A DNA stretch of 54,482 nucleotides from an uncultured beta proteobacterium (GTDB lineage: Bacteria > Pseudomonadota > Gammaproteobacteria > Burkholderiales > Burkholderiaceae_C): NCBI GenBank assembly GCA_903914615.1, contig CAIWPS010000719.1, forward strand, positions 1 to 54,482. Reading direction: 5' to 3'. The notes beneath the pieces are model-generated. The model saw only the letters and a list, made by a program, of their open reading frames with translations, ran no database searches and was not told where the DNA came from. Below are positions 9,249-18,730 of this stretch, one piece after another (position 1 is the first letter of the stretch; each line of letters opens with the position of its first letter). The translations under genes were made by a program, and so were the position numbers.

Positions 9249-10040
9249 TCACGACTCCAGGCGACGGCCGAACGCGATGCGGTAGCGCGCGCCCTTGGCC
9301 GAGTGGGTCTCGTCGCAATAGCGGCGGAAGGCGTCCTCGTGCAGCTCGCCAGGACGCATCTCGATGCCGTGGCCCGTCGTACCGCCCTTCCAGGAGCCTT
9401 TCTCGGGGCCGACCTCGGCGCTGAAGTTCAGGTCCAGCCTGCGGTAGACGCGGGGCCGCGTGAACAGCGACAGCCACTTGAACCAGCCCTCGCCGAGCCG
9501 CGTCTCGCGCTCTTCGATGTGGGTCGTCGCGACGATGCGCTGGCCGTCGTAGTCGGCGAACTCGAAGCGGGCCTTGGGCACCGAAGCACGGCCTGCGTCG
9601 AACGCCGCCCAGTTCTTGAAAATGCCCTCTGGAGGCGCGCTCCAGATGTGCTCGCCCTGCAGGCCGTAGAAGCTGTGACGCACCTGGCGCCACTGTGTCC
9701 ACGGCAGGAACTTCGACCAGCTCTTCGTGGTCGTGCTGTCGTGCGTCTGGGGCCCGAGGAAGACCTGCAGGAAGCCGTCGTTCAGGCTGAAGCCGTACTT
9801 GCGCGCGTGACGATCCCAGGACTGCTGCGGGTGCGTCCAGTGCTGGAACAGCTGAGGCAGCTCGAGGATGAACGAGTAGCCGCGCACCGCCAGCCAGAGG
9901 TGGCAGCCCGGGTGCTCGTCACCGTCACCAGAGCTGAGCACGGCGCGCCACGGGCGCCAGCTCTTCTCGTCCGGCGCGAAGACCGTGATGTACGGGCCGA
10001 GGTGGTGGTCCCGGTCGGAGTACCTGCGGTATCGGCGCAT
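9249..10040 (-). CDS. Hypothetical protein
   Basis: 263-aa ORF with an AAGGA RBS. Confidence 0.7.
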   Translation of the reverse strand: MRRYRRYSDRDHHLGPYITVFAPDEKSWRPWRAVLSSGDGDEHPGCHLWLAVRGYSFILELPQLFQHWTHPQQSWDRHARKYGFSLNDGFLQVFLGPQTHDSTTTKSWSKFLPWTQWRQVRHSFYGLQGEHIWSAPPEGIFKNWAAFDAGRASVPKARFEFADYDGQRIVATTHIEERETRLGEGWFKWLSLFTRPRVYRRLDLNFSAEVGPEKGSWKGGTTGHGIEMRPGELHEDAFRRYCDETHSAKGARYRIAFGRRLES

Positions 10041-10043
10041 GGC

Positions 10044-10259
10044 TCAGTCCTTCCTACGTTCGACGTCGACGCGCTCGCGCCAGAAGTGCTGGCTCTGCTC
10101 GTAGCGCTCCAGCGACTCGGCCATCAGGCGACGGCGGCGGTTGGTCTCACGGCGCTCTTCGATGCAGGTGACGAACCACGCGACCACCACGGCCAGGGCC
10201 GCGACGACCAGGAGCAGGACGGCCTGCAGGAAGCCGGTGTACGGGGATGGGCACTGCAT
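10044..10259 (-). CDS. Small membrane protein
   Basis: One hydrophobic TM segment. Confidence 0.5.
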   Translation of the reverse strand: MQCPSPYTGFLQAVLLLVVAALAVVVAWFVTCIEERRETNRRRRLMAESLERYEQSQHFWRERVDVERRKD

Positions 10260-10262
10260 GGG

Positions 10263-10469
10263 TCAGGCCCCCTGCCCTGCCGGCTGGTCGTCGACCGCGG
10301 GCGCGGCGAGCCCCTGAGATTTGCGCCACAGCGCCGCTTGCACGCGGTCCGTGATCCGTGCCGGAAGTTCATCCGGCCACTTGTCCACCGCCTGGTAGGT
10401 GACGCCAATTGCCTCGGCGGCGGCGGGTATGGAACCGCCGAGGAGTTCAATGGCTTCGGTCTTGAGCAT
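10263..10469 (-). CDS. cro: Cro-like repressor
   Basis: MLKTEAIELLGGSIPAAAEAIGVTYQAVDKWP; divergent from cI. Confidence 0.9.
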   Translation of the reverse strand: MLKTEAIELLGGSIPAAAEAIGVTYQAVDKWPDELPARITDRVQAALWRKSQGLAAPAVDDQPAGQGA

Positions 10470-10477
10470 GCGCTCAT

Positions 10478-10538
10478 TGAACCATAGTTCACGGGTTGCA
10501 TCAACCGAAGTTCAGTCCATCCTTTCAACCATGGTTGA
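10478..10538. promoter_or_regulatory. OR-like region with three 14-bp operators
   Basis: TGAACCATAGTTCA (10478), TCAACCGAAGTTCA (10501), TCAACCATGGTTGA (10525). Confidence 0.85.
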
Positions 10539-10551
10539 TGAATTCAGGGCT

Positions 10552-10989
10552 GTGGAATATGGAAAGCGCTTCAAGTCCGCGATGGACGCTTGGGCAAAGG
10601 CAGATCGTCCCGAACGCACGGTGCACAGGGTCGCCGAGCAGCTTGAGATCACCTACCAGGGCGTGATGAAGCTGGCGGCCGGCAAGGTCAAGGCGCCCGG
10701 CGCCTACACCAACGCCAAGGCAGCGGAGCTTTTCGGCGTCGGCCCGGACTGGCTGGCGATGGGCGATCCGTACCCGCGTGAGCGAGGGAAATCAGCGAAC
10801 GTGAGACCACTGCCGCATCGTCCCGAACTACCTTGGCCGCTCGACGGGGTTGACGAGAAAGCCGTTCGAGCTCTCGACCCAGAGGACCGAAGGAGACTGG
10901 CTGACGCAGTGGTCATAGCCGCTGGGTTTCTGAATTTGAGCGTCGCAAGCGCCAGGTCATCGCGCCGAGCAAACGGCCGGCGGCCGTGA
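10552..10989 (+). CDS. cI: CI-like HTH repressor without an S24 peptidase domain (start may be 10531)
   Basis: HTH VAEQLEITYQGVMKL...AAELFGVGPDWLAMG; divergent from cro. Confidence 0.8.
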   Translation: MEYGKRFKSAMDAWAKADRPERTVHRVAEQLEITYQGVMKLAAGKVKAPGAYTNAKAAELFGVGPDWLAMGDPYPRERGKSANVRPLPHRPELPWPLDGVDEKAVRALDPEDRRRLADAVVIAAGFLNLSVASARSSRRANGRRP

Positions 10990-11109
10990 TCCTGTCCTTT
11001 TCAGCTTACGGTCGAGCAGGCCGTAGGCCTAGACGGGAATCCGATTGCGACGAGCGTGTCGGGATTTGCCGCGTGATTCCGTTTACAGGCAACCGAATAG
11101 GAGACTGAG

Positions 11110-11304
11110 ATGTCATCCTTTCACCATGCACCGTTGATCGTGGATTTGATTCGAATGGTCGCCTCTCCGGAGGCTGGGCCCGAGCGGTTACTGGTGCTGC
11201 AGGACGAGCACGGATCCTCCGTCACGATCCGGGTGACCGACAAGGCATTGCGCAAACTGGCTGAAATTCTGGATAGTCCAGAGGCGACTCCGCCAGCGAC
11301 CTGA
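11110..11304 (+). CDS. Small hypothetical protein
   Basis: AGGAGA RBS; 64 aa. Confidence 0.45.
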   Translation: MSSFHHAPLIVDLIRMVASPEAGPERLLVLQDEHGSSVTIRVTDKALRKLAEILDSPEATPPAT

Positions 11305-11495
11305 TGAAGCCGCCGGCCGGTCCAGGCACAAGACCGTACTTTTGCAGAAGGCTCGATTCTTCGTCCGGTGAGGATGAATCGCTGATTCGTCGCATGGCAC
11401 GCCAGTAGACGGTGCTCCAGACCTTCACCTTGTGTTCGTATTCGTCCCTGCACCTGCAATATTCGCCCATCAACAGCTCCTAGGAATTCGGCAGC

Positions 11496-11518
11496 GCCCG
11501 CAACACGCGGGCTTTTTT
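11496..11518 (+). terminator. Intrinsic terminator
   Basis: GCCCGC-AACAC-GCGGGC followed by TTTTTT. Confidence 0.8.
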
Positions 11519-11529
11519 GCGAGTTTGCT

Positions 11530-11569
11530 TGAACCATGGTTGACAGACAAGCGTGAACCGTAGTTCAAT
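11530..11569 (+). promoter_or_regulatory. PL/OL-like promoter with two operators
   Basis: TGAACCATGGTTGA (11530) overlaps TTGACA (11540); TGAACCGTAGTTCA (11554). Confidence 0.8.
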
Positions 11570-11608
11570 GCGTCCGTGCTCTGCATTTCGACAGAGCAGG
11601 AGACCGAG

Positions 11609-12127
11609 ATGCAGCTCAAGGAAATCGACGACGCCGCCGCGGCGCTCGCCAACGTCAAGATCCCCGCGATCGCCACCCTCTGGCCCGACCAGGGAGGCCG
11701 CAACGGCGGCCTGATGCGCGGCATCGATGGCGGACCCGACTACTTCCTGATCTACGCCGACGACCAGGCGGCGGAGGCCGAACTCGAGTGGGGCGGCTAC
11801 GGCAAGGAAGAGTCCGGCGCCAAGTCCGACCATGACGGCCTGGCCAACACGCGCGCGCTGATCGCCAGCGAGCACAGCCACCCGGCCGCAGAGTTCGCCG
11901 GCGAAGCGCGCGCGGGCGGCTTCAGCGACTGGTACATCCCGGCGCGCCGCGAATGGCGCGTGCTCGCGGGCAAGGTGCCCGACGCCTTCAAGCCCGACTG
12001 GTACTGGTCCTCGACGCAGTACTCGCGCACCAACGCGTGGGTGCAGGACTTCGGCGTCGGCTACCAGATCCTCGACGGCAAGTTCTTCTCGCGTCGCGTC
12101 CGGCTCGTCCGCAGATTGTTCCTTTGA
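11609..12127 (+). CDS. DUF1566/CLec-fold DGR target protein 1 (remote target)
   Basis: DWYIPARRE, WYWSSTQYS...AW...RVRLVRR; C-terminal variable repeat. Confidence 0.9.
   Translation: MQLKEIDDAAAALANVKIPAIATLWPDQGGRNGGLMRGIDGGPDYFLIYADDQAAEAELEWGGYGKEESGAKSDHDGLANTRALIASEHSHPAAEFAGEARAGGFSDWYIPARREWRVLAGKVPDAFKPDWYWSSTQYSRTNAWVQDFGVGYQILDGKFFSRRVRLVRRLFL
12014..12117 (+). repeat. DGR variable repeat VR1
   Basis: 104-bp ungapped match to 19235-19338 and 19881-19984. Confidence 0.92.
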
Positions 12128-12176
12128 TCCTTCAGTCCTTCTGAAGGCCCAAGCGAAGCAACTACGGGAGAAGAGC

Positions 12177-12653
12177 ATGGCAGCACAAGAGAGCCTCGGG
12201 CTTGTGGGCATTCACGCCACCTGCCCCCAAGCCATCGCCAGCGTCGCGCTGATGCACGCCGCGATGGATGACACGGCGGACTACGCCGTCAACCACGCCG
12301 CGGGCGCCCGCTTCACCGATGCTCAGATCGAGCAATTCACCGACCAGGCCGACGCCGCGGCGCGCCTGGAGGCGCTCGACGACATGCGCCACGCGCTGCG
12401 CATCGTCTGGAACGAGGCGCTGGCGTCGCTCGGCCGGCTCAACCCGCGCAAGCTGCCGATCGTGGCCGGCGGCAAGGTCGCGCTGATCTCGCTGCCCGAG
12501 GTTCTGACGCTGTGCGGCGAGACGAACCACCTGTACGTGCTGCTGGCCGACGTGCTGCGCGGCGCGAACGCGGACGTGCTGCACATCCACCTGCGCTCGG
12601 CCTACATCGAGCGCGTCGCCGAGCAGCTCGTCGACCTGGGGTGGCAGCAGTGA
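12177..12653 (+). CDS. Hypothetical protein (start uncertain)
   Basis: ORF with a GGAG upstream. Confidence 0.6.
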   Translation: MAAQESLGLVGIHATCPQAIASVALMHAAMDDTADYAVNHAAGARFTDAQIEQFTDQADAAARLEALDDMRHALRIVWNEALASLGRLNPRKLPIVAGGKVALISLPEVLTLCGETNHLYVLLADVLRGANADVLHIHLRSAYIERVAEQLVDLGWQQ

Positions 12654-13123
12654 GCGCGACCTCCATCTTTCCGCGCGCCGACAAGGCCGCGCGCGAGGTC
12701 GATCCGATGATCCTCGCCCAGGCGCTGGACCACATCGCGAAGTCGGCGGCCAGGAGCCGCACCAGCACGCGTCGCCTGCGCTGGATCGAGCAGCGCGCGA
12801 TCTTCGCGCTGGAGGGCCGTGAGTATCGCGACATCGATCTCGACCTGCCCAAGGATTCCGGCAACACGTCGGAAAAGAACGCGCGACGCATCGCCTACCT
12901 GCTCTCCGCGCTGCATCGCATCAACGCGCTGGGCCCGACGCCGTCAGTTCAGCAGATCGTCGACGAAGCGCTCGGGATCGCGGAGGCGCAGAGTTTTCCG
13001 GCGGACGTGCTGCCGGCGCGCCAGACGATCACGCTCGGCGCCGGTGACTCCAACGAATTGCCCTCAGGCAACCGCGAGGTCTTGGATGGCGCCCTGTGGC
13101 TCGATCTCGGGAGGACTGCCTGA
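12650..13123 (+). CDS. Hypothetical protein
   Basis: GTGA overlap start. Confidence 0.6.
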   Translation: MSATSIFPRADKAAREVDPMILAQALDHIAKSAARSRTSTRRLRWIEQRAIFALEGREYRDIDLDLPKDSGNTSEKNARRIAYLLSALHRINALGPTPSVQQIVDEALGIAEAQSFPADVLPARQTITLGAGDSNELPSGNREVLDGALWLDLGRTA

Positions 13124-13575
13124 TGGCCAGCGTTACTCACGGCATGCACAACACGCGTACCTACGTGATCTGGCGCGCGATGAAGGCTCGCTGCACGAAT
13201 CCAAACGTCGACAGCTTTGTCCGCTACGGCGGCAGCGGCGTCACCGTGTGCGCCGCCTGGCTTGCGTCCTTCCAGGCCTTCCTGGGCGACATGGGCGAAG
13301 CACCGGCCGGGATGTCGATCGATCGATTCCCGAACAAGACCGGCAACTACGAGCCCGGGAATTGCCGGTGGGCGACTTGGCGACAGCAGAACGGAAACCG
13401 AGTCGACAACCTCGTCCTAGAGCTCAACGGCCGTAGCCAATGCGCTGTCGCTTGGGCGCGGGAGATGGGCTACGAGAAGTCGCTGATCGTCGAGCGCGTG
13501 CGCCGGGGCTGGTCCGCCGAACGCGCCATCTTGACGCCTCCTCGTGACAACCGTGCCCCGCGGAGGTGCGCATGA
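13123..13575 (+). CDS. HNH-type homing endonuclease
   Basis: HGM...W..MK.RC.NPN...YGG.G..VC..W...SIDR...GNYEPGNCRWAT. Confidence 0.88.
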   Translation: MASVTHGMHNTRTYVIWRAMKARCTNPNVDSFVRYGGSGVTVCAAWLASFQAFLGDMGEAPAGMSIDRFPNKTGNYEPGNCRWATWRQQNGNRVDNLVLELNGRSQCAVAWAREMGYEKSLIVERVRRGWSAERAILTPPRDNRAPRRCA

Positions 13576-13639
13576 AGGCCGCGCTTCACAGCCTTTTGGT
13601 GTGGTTCACCGGGATGCCCGACGAGTGGGAGACGCTGCA

Positions 13640-13879
13640 ATGACCCGCGGCTGCACCGGAGCCGGCTGCCGCCAAGGCCGCATGCCCGAGGCCTGCGACT
13701 GCGAGCTCTCGCGCGAACTGGGCGTCGACCCAGACTACGTCATCCCGCCGCCCATGCTGACGCCAGACGACCACGCGGCCATCGCACGCGTGCGTCGCTG
13801 GACCCTCGTTGCCATTGCCGCCGGCTTCGCCCTCCTCGGCGCGCTACTGGGCATCTCCGACGCGAGGTTCACGCCGTGA
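13640..13879 (+). CDS. Small Cys-rich membrane protein
   Basis: C..C.QGR...C.C followed by a C-terminal TM segment. Confidence 0.45.
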   Translation: MTRGCTGAGCRQGRMPEACDCELSRELGVDPDYVIPPPMLTPDDHAAIARVRRWTLVAIAAGFALLGALLGISDARFTP

Positions 13880-14076
13880 ACGCGTACGAGCAAGCCCTCG
13901 CACTCGCCGCCCAGGCTGGCCACGCGTTCTACGTGAATCGGCATGGTGAACTGTTGCTGGCCCAAGCTCACAGGGAGCGCCTGTGCTGTGCGATTGCGCA
14001 TCCGAGCGGCACGCTGGAGTGGGTGGTCCAGGGCTACTCGCACGCGGTGGCGCTGAGCGCAGGCGGTGCGACATGA
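13876..14076 (+). CDS. Hypothetical protein
   Basis: Overlapping start/stop chain. Confidence 0.45.
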   Translation: MNAYEQALALAAQAGHAFYVNRHGELLLAQAHRERLCCAIAHPSGTLEWVVQGYSHAVALSAGGAT

Positions 14077-14912
14077 ACGCCCCCGACCGAGTCATCCCGA
14101 TCGTGGCCGAGCCTTCGCTGGTCGTCCGCGCCTCCAGCTGGGGCGGCCTCTTCGACTGCGCCATGCGTTGGGAGGGCGAGCAGATGCTGGGCATTCGCAA
14201 GGCGGCCGGCCTGCGTGCCCACCTTGGCACCTCGGTGCACGCGTCGACGGCAGCCTACGACCTCGGCCGCCTGCCGGGCGGACAGCCGATCAGCGTCGAC
14301 GATGCCGCGTCGGTCTTCGTGGACACGCTGCGCAACCCGGGCCGCGACGTCGACTTCGGCGTCGACGACCTCACGCTGGTCGAAGCGGAACGTACGGGCC
14401 TAGCGCTGCACACGGCCTACTGCTACGACTTGGCGCCGCAGTTCACGTTCCAGTCGGTGGAGATGACGCTCTCCCCGCTCGACATCGACTGCGGCGGTGG
14501 CACGGTGGTGCGCCTGACCGGCCAGATGGACCGCGCGCGCGTCGCCGAGACGCCCGCTGGACCGGTCATCGCCGACGTGAAGACCGGAACCCGCGTCGTC
14601 GTCGACGGCAAGGCGAGCACACGCGGGCGCAGCCCGCAGCTGGGCACCTACCAGCTGCTGTACGAGGAGACGGCGCAGCAGCCGTCCGCTGGCGCACAGA
14701 TTCTCGCGCTGCCCACCAAGGGGAAGGCCGTCGCCCTTGCCTCGGAGGTCTTCGACGCGCGGCGAGTGATGGTTGGCGTCGACGGCCAGCCCGGACTCAT
14801 CGACTTCGCCGCGCAGATGTTCCGCGCCGGCCTGTTCCCTCCGAACCCCTCTTCCAACCTGTGCTCGCAGAAGTACTGCGCGCGCTGGGCCACCTGCAAT
14901 TTCCACGAGTGA
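14073..14912 (+). CDS. PD-(D/E)XK exonuclease (RecB/Cas4-like)
   Basis: GTSVH, TGQMD, ADVKTG, QLGTY, C-terminal CSQKYC..W..C. Confidence 0.88.
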   Translation: MNAPDRVIPIVAEPSLVVRASSWGGLFDCAMRWEGEQMLGIRKAAGLRAHLGTSVHASTAAYDLGRLPGGQPISVDDAASVFVDTLRNPGRDVDFGVDDLTLVEAERTGLALHTAYCYDLAPQFTFQSVEMTLSPLDIDCGGGTVVRLTGQMDRARVAETPAGPVIADVKTGTRVVVDGKASTRGRSPQLGTYQLLYEETAQQPSAGAQILALPTKGKAVALASEVFDARRVMVGVDGQPGLIDFAAQMFRAGLFPPNPSSNLCSQKYCARWATCNFHE

Positions 14913-14926
14913 AGGACTACGCGAAC

Positions 14927-16105
14927 ATGACCGCTACCACTGACATCACCCAGCTGCGCACGCCGCGGCCGCCAGTCGCCGAGCCCGACCAGGCCGTCGA
15001 CCTGTTCACCGCCAAGGGCTTCGAGCTCGCCATCCGCATCGGCAAGGCCTTCGCCACCTCGAACGCGGTACCGGCCCAGTTCCGCAACTTCACCGAGAAG
15101 AAGGAAAAGGGCGGTGCGATCGTGCTGGTGGAGAACCCGGCCGCACTCGGCAACTGCATCGTGGCCATCGAGACCGCGCGCGCCGTGGGCATGTCTATCA
15201 CCGCCGTGATGCAGCAGGCCAACATCATCGAGGGCAAGCTCTCGTGGTCGGCCCAGTTCGTCATCGGCGCGATCAACGCCTCGGGCCGCTTCACGCCGCT
15301 GCGCTTCGACATGAAGGCCAAGGGGCCGATGAAGGCGACTTACCGCGAAAAGCAGGGCTGGAACAACGAGAAGCGCGGCTTCGACTTCGTCGACCGGACG
15401 GTCGAGGTCGACAACGTCGAGTGCATCGCCTGGGCGTTGCCCCGAAACTTCGCGTGCCCGCCCGGCATCTACACGCTCAAGCAGGCGCGTGACGCAAACC
15501 TGCCGGTGATCGAGTCGGCGCCGGTGTCCATGAAGATGGCCGTCGAAGAAGGCTGGTACGCGAAGCCGGGCTCGAAGTGGCAGACCGAGATGCGCACGCT
15601 GATGCTGCAGTACCGCGCCGGCGCCTTCTTCGGCCGCATCCACGCGCCCGACATCGTCATGGGCATGGGCCGCACGACCGAGGAGGTCGTCGACATGCAG
15701 ACGATCGAGGTGGCCAGCGACGGCGCCGTCACGTCGGTGACGACAGAGCAGTTGCGCGGCGACCGCAAGGTGCAGCCGGCCGAGGTGGTCAACCAGGTCA
15801 ACGCGGTGGGCGCTGACGACGAGCCGACGGGCGAGGTGCCTCCGCCGCCGCCGCCGGCGACCGCCGCCACGCCCACGCCGGGCCCGGCATTCGACGCCGA
15901 AGGCCTGGCCGAACGCATGCGCGCCGCCAAGGATCGTTCCTCGCTGGACGCCCTGGGCAAGGAGCTGCAGGCAGCCAACGTTGGCGAGGAAGTGAGCGCC
16001 CCGCTCGAGGAGCTGTTCCTCGAGCTGCTCGACGCACTGCCGGCCGCGCCGGCGCCGGCCCCCACCAGCCGTCGCGCCTCGCGTCCCGCCGCCTCGATGG
16101 AGTGA
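14927..16105 (+). CDS. Putative RecT-like ssDNA annealing protein
   Basis: Follows the exonuclease; NC.VA...A...MQ...IIEGK, W...ML.YRA..FF.R..APD. Confidence 0.75.
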   Translation: MTATTDITQLRTPRPPVAEPDQAVDLFTAKGFELAIRIGKAFATSNAVPAQFRNFTEKKEKGGAIVLVENPAALGNCIVAIETARAVGMSITAVMQQANIIEGKLSWSAQFVIGAINASGRFTPLRFDMKAKGPMKATYREKQGWNNEKRGFDFVDRTVEVDNVECIAWALPRNFACPPGIYTLKQARDANLPVIESAPVSMKMAVEEGWYAKPGSKWQTEMRTLMLQYRAGAFFGRIHAPDIVMGMGRTTEEVVDMQTIEVASDGAVTSVTTEQLRGDRKVQPAEVVNQVNAVGADDEPTGEVPPPPPPATAATPTPGPAFDAEGLAERMRAAKDRSSLDALGKELQAANVGEEVSAPLEELFLELLDALPAAPAPAPTSRRASRPAASME

Positions 16106-16111
16106 CCCGCC

Positions 16112-17923
16112 ATGCGCATCACTTCCATCACCGTCGAGAACTTCCTGGGTGTGCGCAGCGCGGCGATCGCGTGCGAGACCCCCGTCACCTTGGTGGCCGG
16201 TCCCAACGCCGCCGGAAAGTCCAGCATCCGCGACGCGGTCGCACTCGCTCTGACCAGCGATCTGGGCCGCGTGAGCCTCAAGAAGGAGGCCGGCCAACTC
16301 GTGCATGCCGACCAGGTCGCAGGCTACGTCGAGGTCACCAACGCGGACGGTGACCTGTGGGGTGTCACGATCACGGCCGCTGGCAAGATCACCGACACCC
16401 AGAAGCGCAGCGAGCCCGACCCGGTCTTTCCGTACGTGCTCGACGCCCAGCGCTTCGCACGCCTGAGCGAGACCGAGCGCCGCAAGTTCCTCTTCGACCT
16501 CATGGGCGTCAAGATGGCGCCGGCCGAAATCAAGACGCGCCTGATCGATCGCCTGTACCCGAAAGGCTGCAGCGGTGCCGAAATGATCCGCATCGACCGC
16601 GTGCTGCCGTTGCTGCGCGCCGGCTTCGAGTCCGCCAGCAAGGAGGCCAAGGAAAGGGCCACGACCGCCAAGGGCGCTTGGCGCGCGACGACGGGCGAGA
16701 CCTACGGCGCGGTGAAAGCGGCGACCTGGCGGGCGGCCACGCCGGCGTTCGACCAGGCGGCCTTCGCCAAGGCCCAGGCCGCGCTGGCGAGTGCCGACGA
16801 GAAGGTGGCGGTGGCCCAGCGCGAGCTCGGTGCCAAGCAGGCCGAGAAGAAAGCCCACGACGACCAGCAGGCGCGCATCGATGGCCTGAAGGAGTCGTCG
16901 GGCAAGGTCGACCGCATCAAGACCAAGCTGGCCAAGGACGAGGAAGACCTCAAGACCTGGGGACTCGAGGTGACGCAGCTGAGGCAGAAGGCCGGTGCCG
17001 GGCCTCGGGTGGGCCTCGTGCACGACCTGGCCGCGGCGCTGAACAAGGTGCGCTACCTGCTGATCCCCGGAACGGCGTCGGTGCTCGAGACGGAGATGGT
17101 CGAGGGCGTGCTGGACGCCTACGAGAAGGAGCACGGCAAGTTCGGCGCCGCTGGCGACAAGGAAGCCGCGGCCAAGCTGCCCCAGGCGGTCAAGTCCGTG
17201 GAGCTGTACACGAGCGCCGTCCTCAACGGCAAGCGTGACCTGGCGCTGGCTGAGCGCGCCGCCGAGGATCTGAAGGCGATCGAGGGCTCGACATGGACGG
17301 CCGCGCCACTGACGCTGGCCGGCGACCAGCTGGTGGCCGCTCAGCTCGAGAAGACCGAGGCCTTCAACAAGCTCGACGCGCTGCGCACGGCCAAGACCGC
17401 GGCCGAGGGCGCCGCGAAGAAGACGGCTGACGCTGCAGCGCACCACGCCGACGTCACCGCTTGGGACGCGATCGGCGACGCGCTCTCACCCGACGGCATC
17501 CCCGCCGACCTGCTGACGGAGGCCATCAAGCCGATCAATGACCGCCTGGAGCAGTCCGCGGCCGACGCCGAGTGGCTGCAGGTCGTCATCGAGCCCGACA
17601 TGCGCGTCACCAGCGCCGGCCGGCCGTACGCACTGCTGTCGGAATCCGAGAAGTGGCGCGTCGACGCGATGGTGGCCGAGGCCATCGGACACCTGTCGGG
17701 TGCTCGCCTGCTGGTGTTGGACCGCATGGACGTGCTCGATCCTGCCGGCCGAGTCGACCTGTTCGCCTGGCTCGACGTTCTGGCCACCAACGGCGAGATC
17801 GACACCGCACTCGTGTTCGGCACGCTCAAGGCGCTGCCGGCAGAACTCCCCGCCACGGTCTCCGGTCACTGGATCGAGAACGGCGTCGTGGCCAACCCGC
17901 AACTGCTCAAGGAAGCCGCTTGA
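16112..17923 (+). CDS. SbcC/Rad50-like ABC ATPase
   Basis: Walker A GPNAAGKSS, long coiled coil, LSESE signature, LLVLDRMD Walker B. Confidence 0.88.
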   Translation: MRITSITVENFLGVRSAAIACETPVTLVAGPNAAGKSSIRDAVALALTSDLGRVSLKKEAGQLVHADQVAGYVEVTNADGDLWGVTITAAGKITDTQKRSEPDPVFPYVLDAQRFARLSETERRKFLFDLMGVKMAPAEIKTRLIDRLYPKGCSGAEMIRIDRVLPLLRAGFESASKEAKERATTAKGAWRATTGETYGAVKAATWRAATPAFDQAAFAKAQAALASADEKVAVAQRELGAKQAEKKAHDDQQARIDGLKESSGKVDRIKTKLAKDEEDLKTWGLEVTQLRQKAGAGPRVGLVHDLAAALNKVRYLLIPGTASVLETEMVEGVLDAYEKEHGKFGAAGDKEAAAKLPQAVKSVELYTSAVLNGKRDLALAERAAEDLKAIEGSTWTAAPLTLAGDQLVAAQLEKTEAFNKLDALRTAKTAAEGAAKKTADAAAHHADVTAWDAIGDALSPDGIPADLLTEAIKPINDRLEQSAADAEWLQVVIEPDMRVTSAGRPYALLSESEKWRVDAMVAEAIGHLSGARLLVLDRMDVLDPAGRVDLFAWLDVLATNGEIDTALVFGTLKALPAELPATVSGHWIENGVVANPQLLKEAA

Positions 17924-18618
17924 CCGCCGACACCATCGAAGCCGAGTCGATCGAAGCCAAGATCGACGCCCACACCCGCGCCGAGCTGCGCGACCTGGGC
18001 CTCTTCTACGACACCGAGACCACGGGTCTGCCGCTGTTCGAGAAGCCCAGCGAAGACCCGCGCCAGCCGCACGTGGTACAGCTCGGCGCGCTGCTGGTCG
18101 ACATGGACTCGCGCGAGATTCTCGAGCAGTTGGACGTCATCATCCGCCCCGATGGCTGGCACATTCCCGAGGAAGCCGCCAAGGTGCACGGCATCACGAC
18201 GCAGTTCGCGCTCGAGGTGGGCATCCCCGCGAAGGAAGCGTTCGAACACTTCCTGGCCATGTGGGGCGCCAACGGGGTGGTAACGCGAATCGGATTCAAC
18301 GAGCCCTTTGACGCTCGCCTGGTGCGCATCGGCATGTTCCGCCACTTCGATGCCCAGGCGGCTGACGCGTGGAAGCTCGGCCTGGCGCACGACGTCATGC
18401 GCGTGGTGTCGCCCATCTGCAAGCTGCCGCCCACCGAGGCCATGAAGCGCGCCGGCCGCGGCAAGCAGTTCAAACAGCCCAAGCTGAGCGAGGCCTACCG
18501 GCACTTCTTCGGCGAAGAGCTGACCGGCGCTCACGGTGCGCTGGCGGACGCGCGGGCCACGATGCGCATCCACTTCCACCTCGAAGACCTCAAGCGGGCC
18601 GAACGCGCCGCGGCCTGA
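17920..18618 (+). CDS. DnaQ/DEDDh 3'-5' exonuclease
   Basis: YDTETTG, FNEPFD, AHGALAD. Confidence 0.92.
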   Translation: MTADTIEAESIEAKIDAHTRAELRDLGLFYDTETTGLPLFEKPSEDPRQPHVVQLGALLVDMDSREILEQLDVIIRPDGWHIPEEAAKVHGITTQFALEVGIPAKEAFEHFLAMWGANGVVTRIGFNEPFDARLVRIGMFRHFDAQAADAWKLGLAHDVMRVVSPICKLPPTEAMKRAGRGKQFKQPKLSEAYRHFFGEELTGAHGALADARATMRIHFHLEDLKRAERAAA

Positions 18619-18730
18619 CCCAGTTTCCAGCCCGCAACCGAGCCGCGCGTCTCCTCCCTTCGCACAACGATTCCGGCTGCCGCGCTTCAGCGCAAGGGCT
18701 TCTTCTTCCACCGCCAACGAAAGGCACCTC

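Noticed and set aside
14073-14912. Cas4 / CRISPR system
   Set aside because: No array or other cas genes; it sits in a recombination module
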